NCBI RefSeq assembly: GCF_021028975.2
Contig: NC_059430.1
Coordinates: forward strand, 107,942,001 to 108,006,000
Direction of reading: 5' to 3'
Length of the DNA stretch: 64,000 nucleotides
DNA from: Sphaerodactylus townsendi
Taxonomy: Eukaryota
Shown here piece after piece: positions 38,747-50,120 of this stretch; positions within the stretch are counted from its first letter, which is position 1; each line of letters begins with the position of its first letter. Under the pieces are notes generated by a model. The model did not search any database. It was not told the origin of the DNA and saw only the letters and a program-made list of their open reading frames with translations. The translations under genes and the position numbers were made by a program.

Positions 38747-39535
38747 AAAGAACATAAGAACATAAGAACATAAGAACAAGCCAGCTGGATCAGACCAGAG
38801 TCCATCTAGTCCAGCTCTCTGCTACTCGCAGTGGCCCACCAGGTGCCTTTGGGAGTTCACATGTAGGATGTGAAAGCAATGGCCTTCTGCGGCTGTTGCT
38901 CCCGAGCACCTGGACTGTTAAGGCATTTGCAATCTCAGATCAAAGAGGATCAAGATTGGTAGCCATAAATTGACTTCTCCTCCATAAATCTGTCCAAGCC
39001 CCTTTTAAAGCTATCCAGGTTAGTGGCCATCACCACCTCCTGTGGCAGCATATTCCAAACACCAATCACACGTTGCGTGAAGAAGTGTTTCCTTTTATTA
39101 GTTCTAATTCTTCCCCCCAGCATTTTCAATGGATGCCCCCTGGTTCTAGTATTGTGAGAAAGAGAGAAAAATTTCTCTCTGTCAACATTTTCTACCCCAT
39201 GCATAATTTTATAGACTTCAATCATATCCCCCCTCAGACGTCTCCTCTCCAAACTAAAGAGTCCCAAACGCTGCAGCCTTTCCTCATAAGGAAGGTGCTC
39301 CAGTCCCTCAATCATCCTCGTTGCCCTTCTCTGCACTTTTTCTATCTCTTCAATATCCTTTTTGAGATGTGGTGACCAGAACTGAACACAGTACTCCAAG
39401 TGTGGTCGCACCACGGCTTTATATAAGGGCATGACAATCTTTGCAGTTTTATTATCAATTCCTTTCCTGATTATCCCCAGCATAGAGTTTGCCTTTTTCA
39501 CAGCTGCCATACATTGAGTTGACATTCCCATGGAA
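38747..39535 (-). mobile_element. Young 5'-truncated CR1 LINE (ORF2 C-terminus, 3' UTR, (TTCTTATG)n tail)
   Basis: ORF 38950-39531: PLYKAVVRPHLEYCVQFWSPHLKKDIEEIEKVQRRATRMI...LERRRLRGDMIEVYKI, the canonical CR1 ORF2 end. Confidence 0.97.
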
Positions 39536-39697
39536 CAGGCAAAGATGGAAGGAGATTACAATTTGTTGTTTAAAACAGTCTCCAAAAGCTTTGAAAGACT
39601 GGAGAAAACATTTACTCTCCTGAAGAAGGATCTTCAGATCTATGTTGCTAGCAAGGTCTAGATGAAAGAAAAGAAGAGGTGCATTATAATAGATAAT

Positions 39698-40010
39698 GAA
39701 GAAGAGTTTGAATTTATTGAAGAGTTTGGATTTATGCCTTGCCTTTCTCTCCTGTACGGAATCTCAAAGCAGCTTACAAACTCCTTCCCTTCTTCTCCCC
39801 ACAACAGACACCATGGGAGATAGGTAGGGCTGAGAGAGTTCTGAGAGAACTGTGACTAGCCTAAGGTCACCCAGCAGGCTTCATGTGTAGGAGCAGGGAA
39901 CCAAATCCAGTTCAGCAGATAAGAGTCTACCGCTCATGCAGAGGAGTGAGGAATAAAATCCAGTTGCCCAGATCAGAGTTAACCTCTTAACCACAACACC
40001 ATACTGGCTG
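39698..40010 (-). mobile_element. CORE-type tRNA SINE
   Basis: Matches the family consensus. Confidence 0.85.
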
Positions 40011-40214
40011 GATTCCCATGCAAAAACAGTAGGACATGAAGATTGTAGTCCTAAATGTGTTTTCCTTGAAGTGAGCATCAATAACCAAAAGACCCTGTAT
40101 ATTATGAAATGTGCTTAGAGTTACTGTCCAAGGCCACAGAAATCAGGGTCCACAACAACAACACCGAGAGTAAAAGGATCTGTCATTCCCCATTCACAGA
40201 GAAACAACACTCAC

Positions 40215-40447
40215 CAAGGAATTTAGGAGATGAACCTGTCTCCAATGGAGCACAAAAGCCATTGGCTATTAAATGAAACTCAGAAATATTTAATTCACAG
40301 GGACTCTCAAATACAACTTCTACTGGAACCGAAGCCTTTGGAGTTACACAGAACTCAGAGCCAGGATTAATTCTGTGTAACACAGATTTGCATATTGCAC
40401 TGTGAACTTTAATTTGCCCTGTGAATGTGGTTCCAATAGCCAGCTCG
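40215..40447 (-). ncRNA. Putative exon of minus-strand transcript
   Basis: Strong donor G|GTGAGT at 40214-40209; acceptor uncertain (TTTTCGTGTTTGTGTGGATCAG). Confidence 0.3.
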
Positions 40448-42689
40448 CTGATCCACACAAACACGAAAATATGAATGTTTGCTTGACAAAAGCAGCCAGG
40501 CACCCTGATGTGGGGAGCAAACAAAAATGTCTGTATTGGATATAAAATTCAGTAATCATGGAACTAGATACAACACTGATGGGAGGTTTTTTAGAAGTGA
40601 TTTAACACAAAATATAAAGAGTTACAGAAAAAGAAATCCTGACTTGAAACTACCATTCTAGACAATCTTGATTATGTAAATGCTGCCTGTGGGCTGCTAG
40701 AGGCACCACAGCCTCACTGCTGGCTCTCATTGCTGGCTCTGGGTGGACACCCCCACCTTGGGCAACAAAGGAAGACCCCCATCTTGACTAGTCTTCATCC
40801 AGGCCTGTAAGTTTGAACTTTGAAAGAGAGCCTTTGGGAGCCACCTGATGGCTTTACAGTCTGTTAGAGCTTTGGGGCAGGGGTCCATATTATTTATTAG
40901 GCTTGCTGGCTGGTTTAAATATTTCATGTTCATTGCCTTTTGTGGTTTGAGGCTCTGTTTGTATTACCCACCTTGTGTCCCAAAGGCCTGGGAGAAGGCA
41001 AGTGCATAAATGTTTAAAACAAATACCATCTAAATGGCTGGACCACACAGGTGTGGCAAGGTTAACGGCAATTCTCATTTTTCAAATGTAAATCTGGAGA
41101 TGGAATGTAGCTAAAGGCTTGCACGTGATACCCAGAGCCAATCTTCCACCTCAAGTTAAAACACATTAAATGTTAAGTGTCACATTCATTTCCATGAAAA
41201 GCATCTCCGGAGTGGGGTCTGCTCACTTTGAGCTGAATATCTAAGGAAAGGCAATTGCCAGGAAGATTTGTGGTCTCCGTCAGAAGACCCATACATAGCC
41301 CCCAGATGCTAAGAAAAGGTATTCACCCTTGTATCCAAATCTTTCCCTTTCCACTTCATTTATACATTAATTCTTGCACATTCATTCTGTGCACTGAGAC
41401 CACAGGTGATGTAAGGATAAAAGTGCCAAATTAGGGTCCTAGGAGACTCAGATACAAGTAACCCCTTTTCCACGAAGCTTTCTGGCTGATCTGGTGCCAG
41501 TCACTCTCTTTCAGGTCTAGCCTACCTTACAAGATTGTTGTAGGGCCAAAATGAGAAGGAGAGCCACAGGCTCATCCTAAACTGCCTAGAGGAAGAGACA
41601 GGTAAATCATATACTTAAAAATCAGAATGTTAATGTTAGTTCTGCTGTATCTAAATCTAACAGGTTGTTATGTGGAATTGATATCAATATTATAGGGAGA
41701 CCTGATACTAAAAGAGAACATCAACAAAGAAATTACTTCGTCATTCTTGCCCTCACACAAAAGGTTTTTAAATCTTATCTCATTATTCCTTTTTGCCTTT
41801 CAATTTCGACATATTCCTCAGCCCCATTTTTTCTTTGAGGAGGGCTAAAGGCTTTTTTAAAATTTGGAGATGCAGAGTTGACCGTGACTTTAATCTTTTA
41901 CCTCTCTCTTCCCAAAGCATCTTCCTTCCAATTTGAGATCTCTGGTTGGCTTCTCCTCCCACTGCAAGGAAGAGAAGGGAACCAGGGTGGTATAGTGGTC
42001 AGAATGATAGACTAAGATCTGAGCGATTCACGGTTCAAATCCCCAGGGAAGGTTGCTGGGTGACCTGGGGCCAGTCACAATCACACACTCCCAGCCTAAC
42101 CCACCTGATTAAGGAAGTAAAATGAAGTAAAATAAGTGAATGAAATAAGTCCAGCTATGACTGCAGCCCATACATGAGTGGGATTATTACTCAGAAAGTC
42201 AATGGATCTTACTTCCAGGGAAACACGTCCCAGAATGACCAAAGTCACCAGCAGTGCATTCAGAGTAAAGCTTAAGAAAACCCACAGACATCGCAGAAGG
42301 GACGACGGCGGGGAGCTCTGTGGAGTCTGGATGCCAACAGACCACAAACTATTCTGTTTTCACAAAAGGCACTGCAGGATTCACTGCCACAAGATGCTCA
42401 GAGCGACCTCAGAGGGTTTCAGAAAGGATTGAGGCAAATTCAAGAAAGCACTTTTTTGTGGGGGGGGGGGGAGCAGTGATGAAGAAGGCAGGTGGCATTC
42501 TTGGGGGCTGCCAGAGGGCTGAAAACAAGCTGAGGGGGCCAGTACCACTCTGCCACATTTTCTTTTACGCTTCTGTCAATTTGATCCCAACATTACCAGC
42601 CTTCCTTCACGTTCTTCTTTTTTACTTGCTATAATATTTATCAACCGGGGGTGGGGGTGGGGGTGGAGGGGGGGGGAGGCAATCCCACC

Positions 42690-43510
42690 CTTTGCAAATC
42701 CCGGCAAGAAACATCCCAAAAAAGCACCAGCTCTCCTACCTGATTTCAACCTGCCGCCGAGGAGAAGGCTGCCGCTGCGACGCGTCCCTTCGAAACCAGA
42801 GGCGCAAATGGTACTTTTCGCGGTGCGCGCAGGCGGGGCTTTGGATGTCCTGCCAGGCGACGGGGCGATCCTCTCGCCTCAGCGGCGGAGGCAAAAGGCG
42901 AAGACGGAGGAGAGGAGACGCGAACCCGTCTGCGGACCGAACCCAGCCCAGTCCCCGGGAGAACTTCCTGCCGAAGCCGCGGGCTGCAAGAGCCCCGGGG
43001 AAGATTCCCCGACGGACGACGCCTCTGCCCCCTCTCGGGCTGGGGGACGGCTCCTCGCTACAGGGCGCCTCGCAGCGGGGCCGCCTCTTCCCGCAGCGCC
43101 CGGGCCCGTCGCGGTTCACCTTCTGCCGCCCGCAGCCCAGCCCGTCGCCTGCCTTCTCTCGGGCGAGTGCGCAGAGCGGGGAGCGGCGCTCCGCTTTGCA
43201 TAACTTGGCAACGGGCGGCCAGCGCTGCAAAGACCCCACTTGCTCGCCGGCGCTGGTTGCTGGCTGGCTGGACCCACCGACGGCCCCGCAGCCGCGCCTC
43301 CCGGTCAGCCCAGCGTCTCTCCCCGGGCAGGCTGCCCAGCTCCGCCGGAATTCCCTCCGGCGGCTCCCGCGACGACTCGCGTCCTCCAGTCCCGCCACGT
43401 GTCTGGACGGCGACGGGCTCGCTGCCCGCTCCAGCAGCCGTCGAGGGCAGCCGCAGCCCGGCTCCTGAGCAGTGGAGACTCTCTCACGGCTCCCCGCCCC
43501 CAATTCATTA
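42690..43510. promoter_or_regulatory. CpG island promoter, possibly bidirectional
   Basis: Very high GC and CpG, non-repeat. GC box 42832-42839, TGCGCGCA 42824-42831, E2F TTTTCGCGG 42815-42823 and GGCGCAAA 42801-42808, CHR-like TTCGAA 42789-42794. X-box-like CATAACTTGGCAAC 43199-43212; MYB-type CAACGG 43209-43214. Confidence 0.85.
42740..42800 (-). ncRNA. Putative first (non-coding) exon
   Basis: Donor CAG|GTAGGA at the island edge, just downstream of the E2F/GC-box cluster; TSS position is inferred. Confidence 0.5.
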
Positions 43511-44463
43511 GGGGGACTCAAGAAACGTGTATGGGAAGCAGGGGGTGTTCGGAAAAGAGGGGGGTATCAGCTTTCTCCCTGACGGATGGGCTGATGGGAG
43601 TTTTTTTGACACCCAAAGCCAGGGTCTTCCATCCCCAAATGTGGCCAGCATGGCAGTTAAGCCTCAACCCCCACCACCACCACCGCCCCCCAAAGATGCC
43701 AGTCTTCTCCCCAAGGACTGGTAATCTGGTGAGGCCCTGCAGTGCATCAGCCTTCTCCTTATTGTGCCAAGCAGTTGCCTGGGTCGCTTGGCCAGAGAAC
43801 CACCTCTCTGGTTGGCAGCCACATGTGCCTCTTGCTGTGGCATGAATGTGGTGGCACCAGGAGCACTTTTCACACATTCACTGAGGAATCCTTGCATACT
43901 GCAAAGGATTCTGGGCTCACCTTTTAGTCCTAGGTTGCCCCAAGCCATTGAAGTAGAGGTTGTCAACACTTGGTTTGATCATGGAGTCTGAGGAGAACAA
44001 GATTTGGGTCAAGGAGGAGCCACATCAGGATATAATGTCATAGAGCAGAGATCTCCAACCTGTGGCCCTCCAGATGTTCATGGACTACAATTCCCATCAG
44101 CCCTTGCCAACATGGTAGTGAGACAGCAGTTTAACTCTGTATCTAGGAGAGAAGAGAGTGCTCAATTGTTAGGCCTGTCTTTGGCAATGATCTGACCATG
44201 TAACATTTAGTCTGACTCTAGGGAAAGGGCAGGCTGGTATGGGTGGAATCCTGTGTGTTAGAGAGTGCCCAGCCTAGTACATACAAGTCTGTTTGTGCCC
44301 GAAAGCATTTTAGAAAAATCTAACTACTCTCTAAAGTCAGAACCAGATTAAAAATTTTGTGCCTCAGCCAGGTATCTATTTTGTCTACCAGGAGACCTTT
44401 TCAGTTGGTTTGTTCCTTTATGACCAACCTGTAAATAAACAAATCTTCTTATTTGTATATATA

Positions 44464-44940
44464 TTAATTCAGCCTCAGTGATCTCAATAATCTTCTTGTG
44501 TACCCCAAAACTTCCTTCATGGCGGCATATCCAAAGCCTATACAGTCACTATCTGAAGAACATCTGGCAACTGAAGGGGGAGGTTTATAGTTCAAAACAA
44601 ATATATATCCTAAAAATTTTAGGAAGCTGCATGTGTCTCTCCAGTAGGGGGGAAAAAGGCTTATCACACCAGGTCTCCAGAGTACTATTTGGCCCTTCCG
44701 CACACTTTCAATCCACTTTCATAATTGTTTGCAAGTGGATTTTGCTATTCTGCACAGTAAAATCCAGCTGCAAAGTGCATTGAAAGTGGATTGAAGATGC
44801 ATTATTCTGCATGTGCGGAAGGGGCCTTGTTTGAGAACCTTTCTTATAAGCAGTCTCATCAGCGGGATGCGTGCAATGCCCAGTCAGATACCTTGCCTGT
44901 GAGAATTCATCCTTTCTGCTAGCTCCCTTCTATATATGCA
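44464..44940 (-). pseudogene. Decayed virus-like ORF split by MITE
   Basis: CIYRRELAERMNSHRQGI*LGIARIPLMRLLIRKVLKQ|IVLWRPGVISLFPPYWRDTCSFLKFLGYIFVLNYKPPPSVARC...YTRRLLRSLRLN*; the join frame depends on the TSD chosen. Confidence 0.45.
44691..44826. mobile_element. Harbinger-like MITE
   Basis: GGCCCTTCCGCACA...TGTGCGGAAGGGGCC. Confidence 0.85.
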
Positions 44941-46009
44941 AAAAACAAAAAAAGACTCCGTTTTTCCAGGAAGCAGGAGAAATGTCTTTTCTTCAAATAT
45001 TCAAAAGCAAAATCCATGTAATACCATTTATTAAGACCAACCACAATCACACTGTACGAGCTTTTGAATTCTTCAGAATTCCTCACTGAGCTTCTGGAGA
45101 ATTGAAAAGTTTGGTCTTAATAAAAGACAGGACTTAGCTTAGACTAACACAGCAACTAGTATTTTCCTCGCCAACTAATAGCCTTGCACAGCACAGAAGC
45201 ATGCAAATGAGGCAGCCTCTTGGCCTAAATGGGGAGAGCGGGACCCTCATTTTAATCCTCTAAGCCTGGTTCTTCCACCAATCATTTTGGTGGCAAAGAA
45301 AAGGCTACCTCCTTCTCTGAAAAAGCTTGGGGTGTTACAAAAAGCATCCCACCAGTTTATCTTTTTTGACCCTCTACACTTCAGGGATATAGGGAAGCAG
45401 CCAGACTTTTCCATATGGATACACTCTGATTCCAGCATAATTTTTATTGTCAACAATCCTGTGTATTATTAAGTCCTCATATGATAATTTCCAACTAAAT
45501 ACTTACTTCCATTGTATCTTCTATTTGTTAGGTTTTCACTTGAGCACGAGACTTAAATGCTCACTGGATATCAGGAAAAAGGCTTTCTACTTTTATAATT
45601 CTGCTTTCAGCATGGTTTATGATAAATCACTGCTGATAACCTTTTTTGGCATTGCTTTCCAAAGAGCAATCCAAGTATTGTTTACTGGATGTCTTATGCT
45701 GTCCAATTTTGTTCATTAATATCATGTAATCAGCTCTGATTCTCAGCAAGAAAGGCAGACTATAAATAATGTACATAAAAATAAAATAACTGTAGCCATA
45801 AGCTACAAATCACACTCTTGGAAGCCCCCTGCAGGACATGTGGTGTGGTATCGAGTGTCCAACTATAGTCTACGTTCAAATCCTCTTTCTGGAAGCTTTC
45901 AGAGAGACCTTGTGTCAGCCACTCCCTCTCAGCCCAGCCCACATAACAGGGTTGTTGTGCGAATAAAAGAGAGAGTACAGTATAAACCATTTTGGATCCC
46001 AATTGTAGA

Positions 46010-46427
46010 GAAAGGTGGGGTGGGATCCAAAAATTTTAGTGGTGGGATCCAAAAATTTTAGTAACAGGTTCCCATGGTGGTGGGATTCAAACTGTGGCGT
46101 AGCGCCAATTGGGCTGGGCGGGGCACAACAGAGGCGTGGCCGGGCATTCTGGGGGCGGGGAATTCCTGGGCGGGGCTGTGGCAAGGACGCAGCCGCTGCG
46201 CCGGTCCTTGGGTGGGAAACGAATGCACGCAGGCGCAGGCTGCCACGCACGCCGATGCACCTCCTGCTAGACTGCTTCAAGTTCTGCGCACTACTGCTGA
46301 GAGGAGGGCGTAACTAAGGCAAAAATCACGTGGCAAAATCACCAATTAGTAACCTCCTCTCGGCACACACAAATAATTAGTAACCTACTCTCGAGAACCT
46401 GCGAGAACCTGCTGGATCCCACCTCTG
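46010..46427. mobile_element. hAT-type MITE inserted at a SINE 3' end
   Basis: Near-identical to 37322-37713, with a duplicated left end. Confidence 0.9.
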
Positions 46428-46699
46428 GGTGCAAATGAAAACAGTAGATAGCCATGTGATTGATAGCAGCAGTGTTCATAGGTCTCGTGTAGACATGTCC
46501 ATTTTTGCAATTAGCACCTTGCACAGTTTTTGCCAGGTCATCAGCAGTTCTGCCTCCTCCCCCAGATAGGCCAAGAGTTAGAAAGACAGAATCTGAAACT
46601 CCCAATTTTCATGGCATAACAGGCATCATCACAGGTACAAAAAAACACAACTTTGTAGATTGCAGCAACTTGAATGTTCCAGCTACGCAATGCTCTTGA

Positions 46700-47135
46700 A
46701 TGGTCAGGTCACACATATAACGGCCAGTCATCAAGTGATGAGAAATGAAATAGCCCACATGCACGTGTGGACCAATGAGAAAATGAAAATGAAAACAACA
46801 CATTTCCATTTCAATCTCATCCCAATACATTCACATATTGGCCAACAGAAGTTCCATTTATCAGCAGGACTTTGTTGTAATGACTTAGGAATGCTCAGCC
46901 AGTGCAGCAGAAAACCATATTGCTTATGTGCCTCTCTCAGCTGGAGCTGAAATTTTTGGAGCTTCACTGATTTGGTATGGTCTATGTGTGTTACTCATCA
47001 TAGCAGCATATCAAGACGCTCAACAGGCACTTACGTATACTAGGAATTTCAACCATTTCCCAACTCCTGGATGATACACAAAGTCCACTCCACCCCATGT
47101 AGCAGTATACCACCCAGACATGACAATTTTGGTAC
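46700..47135. repeat. Copy 2 of the ~430-bp two-copy non-TE segment
   Basis: Aligns to 33838-34275. Confidence 0.9.
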
Positions 47136-47204
47136 AAAATGTGTGATTCTTGCAATCAGCATGAATCTTTGTGGTATCCTATGACAACAGAGGCCTCATT
47201 CGAG

Positions 47205-47520
47205 AAGCTGTGCCTCAGTAGCTGAGCATCTGCTTTGCACGCAGAAGGGCCAAGGTTCAGTTTCCAGCATCTTCAAAGCCCCTTCCGCACACGCAAAATA
47301 ATGCGTTTTCAAACCACTTTCACAATTGTTTGCAAGTGGATTTTGCTATTCCGCACAGCTTTAAAGAGCACTGAAAGCAGTTTGAAAGTGCATTATTCTG
47401 CATGTGCGGAATGAGCCCAAGTGAAATTATCAGGTAGTGGGTGTTGTGGAAGACCTTTACCAGAGAGTTGCTGCCAATCAGAGCACACTAGCTTGATCTT
47501 GACAGGTCCAGAGCTATGTT
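47205..47520 (+). mobile_element. tRNA-Ala SINE interrupted by Harbinger-like MITE (47277-47417, TSD CAA)
   Basis: tRNA-like head GCTGTGCCTCAGTAGCTGAGCATCTGCTTTGCACGCAGAAGG; the MITE is nearly identical to 50731-50871. Confidence 0.8.
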
Positions 47521-48034
47521 TACCTTGTCTCCAACCAATCACTCAAAATATGGGATATGCAGGTCCGGAATCCATGTTGTTCAGTGCAGTGGAACTCTGT
47601 GCCTCATGGCGAGTCACATTCACAATTCCCAACAATCCAAAGAGCCATATGGCTACTATAAACCCTGTGTACCACTCCACCAGACACACCCATACAAGAT
47701 ACAGGTATTGATATTACAGGTGCACAACTTCTTTAGTTATCAGAATAATTCTGACCACATACAGAATGTGCACAGTCCCACCTGCCTCACAAGGTTCTGT
47801 TGTGGGGATGGGAAGGTAATAGTAAGCTGCTTTTGAGAATCTTTAAAGGTAGGAAAAAATGGGAAATAAAAGCCAATTCTTCTTCTAATAACCTGCCACT
47901 GGTCAGTTCTTCTACCTCCCCCCCATCGCTGACCTGCCATCACTGCTTGGCACTCAGCTGTTTTCCAAGGCAGTCATGTCACGTTAGGGAGCTCTAAGAC
48001 TCAGCCATCCTGTGGTCACAGCAGTTGAGCCCAG

Positions 48035-48336
48035 CATGCAGCAGTGGCGTAGTGGTTAAGAGCAGGTGCATTCTAATCTGGAGGAACCGGGTTTGATTCC
48101 CTGCTCTGCTGTTTGAGCTGTGGAGGCTTATCTGGGGGATTCAGATTAGCCTGTGCACTCCCACACATGCCAGCTGGGTGACCTTGGGCTAGTCACAGCT
48201 TTTCGGAGCTCTCTCAGCCCCACCCACCTCACAGGGTATTTGTTGTGAGGGGGGAAGGGCAAGGAGATTGTAAGCCCCTTTGAGTCTCCTACAGGAGAGA
48301 AAGGGGGGATATAAATCCAAACTCTTCTTCTTCTTC
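48035..48336 (+). mobile_element. CORE-type tRNA SINE, young subfamily
   Basis: Full length with (CTT)n tail. Confidence 0.92.
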
Positions 48337-48371
48337 ATGCTTGATTGCTGAATAGCACAGTATTCCTAGAT

Positions 48372-48559
48372 CAGTGGTTCTCAACCTTCCTAATGCCACG
48401 ACCCTTTAATACAGATCTTCACGTCGTGGTGACCCCCAACCCTAACATTTATCCATTTTACAGATGGAGAACACTGATGCAGAGAGTCTTAGGCGACTCC
48501 TGTGAAAGGGTTGTTCGACCCCCCCAAAGGGGTTGCGACCCACAGGTTGAGAACCGCTG
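48372..48559. mobile_element. hAT (Charlie-like) MITE
   Basis: CAGTGGTTCTCAACCT...AGGTTGAGAACCGCTG; TSD TCCTAGAT/CCCTAGAT. Confidence 0.9.
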
Positions 48560-49727
48560 CCCTAGATGCATAGAATTCATTTTGTAATGGAAGTAATATC
48601 ACTTTACTCTGAATAGCTCATGCATTAGAACTCAGCCGATGAAAAATAAAATATCTCAGAGCAGGGTGCAAATGTCTGTGCCTCTGTCATTTAAACTAGT
48701 GGACAGCTGGGTGGTATTGCTTTTTAAAACTAATATTGTTGTCTTTTAAGAAATGTTTTTGAATTTAAGTTTTTTATTGATTAACTATATTTTCCTTTTA
48801 TTTCTCTAAATATTTTATAGCAAGTTTATAATTTTAGCACTTTATTGAATTCCTTCCATTTTATTATTCTAGTTTGTTTTATTCAAAGGTGTTGGTCTGT
48901 GACTGTAATTAATGCTAATAATGCTAATGCTTTAGAACTCTGTTTTTAGCTGCTGTTCACAAATGAAGAATCATTTATGAAAAAAATGTATTATAACATC
49001 TCAAATCCAGAAAAGCATCAAGTTTTAAGGGTGAGTCTCTGGGAGGGAATAAGATGCAGATCAGCTACCTCCCACAAATGTATCAACAGCCAACTTCCAC
49101 CAGCCTCCTCTTCAGATTTTCCTATGCACAGACGGGAGGCCAGCTGCTATCTCCACAAGCCAGAATTGATCCTGCAGCCTCTAAGTGCCAATCTCTAAAA
49201 GTGTAGAATAATCCTGGATCACTTCTACATTGTTCAGTTCTAACGTTCGTAGTGGCATAATGGTTGGCCCGTTCTGAAACAGATCCTACCACTGAGAGTC
49301 TATGAGGTAAGGATGGCATAAGAAAACAGCAAAAGTGACTGAGCAAAGCAAGGTCTTTGATTTAACTTGCCCCTGGGCTCATTCAGTGATGACCGAGATG
49401 CAGAACTAAAACACCGTGGCCACACTGAAGCTGCAAAACTAAATTCCAGGTTCAAGCCCAGCTCAATCCCCACTCCTCCTGCCCACACAAGGCCATTCAT
49501 TTGTAGCCATATGCAACACACAACACATAGGAAGCATAAAAAGGAAAGAAAGCCAACTTTTCCTGCGGAGGCTAATTTCTCACAAGCAAAGAGCTCAGGA
49601 ATCGCTTGCCAGCCCAGATTAGCAGCAACACAAAGAGAACTCAGGAAAAAAAGAGCATTTTATTGTCCTTATTACAGTTGTTCTATACTAGTAACACCCC
49701 ACCCTAAGGAATCAGATTGAGGGGTCC

Positions 49728-50120
49728 NNNNNNNNNNNNNNNNNNNNNNNNNNNNNNNNNNNNNNNNNNNNNNNNNNNNNNNNNNNNNNNNNNNNNNNNN
49801 NNNNNNNNNNNNNNNNNNNNNNNNNNNNNNNNNNNNNNNNNNNNNNNNNNNNNNNNNNNNNNNNNNNNNNNNNNNNNNNNNNNNNNNNNNNNNNNNNNNN
49901 NNNNNNNNNNNNNNNNNNNNNNNNNNNNNNNNNNNNNNNNNNNNNNNNNNNNNNNNNNNNNNNNNNNNNNNNNNNNNNNNNNNNNNNNNNNNNNNNNNNN
50001 NNNNNNNNNNNNNNNNNNNNNNNNNNNNNNNNNNNNNNNNNNNNNNNNNNNNNNNNNNNNNNNNNNNNNNNNNNNNNNNNNNNNNNNNNNNNNNNNNNNN
50101 NNNNNNNNNNNNNNNNNNNN
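49728..50120. other. Assembly gap
   Basis: Run of N. Confidence 1.

Noticed and set aside
41980-42050. tRNA genes (also 47205, 48040)
   Set aside because: tRNA-like heads run into SINE bodies; no intact cloverleaf.
1-42800. Known E2F-driven miRNA hosts (DLEU2/miR-15-16, miR-17-92, let-7)
   Set aside because: No mature miRNA sequences of these families found by eye on either strand.
42692-43845. Long ORFs (258, 261, 201 aa) in the CpG island
   Set aside because: Open on both strands and in several frames with Arg/Pro/Gly/Ala low complexity, as expected from stop depletion in GC-rich DNA; no domain recognised.
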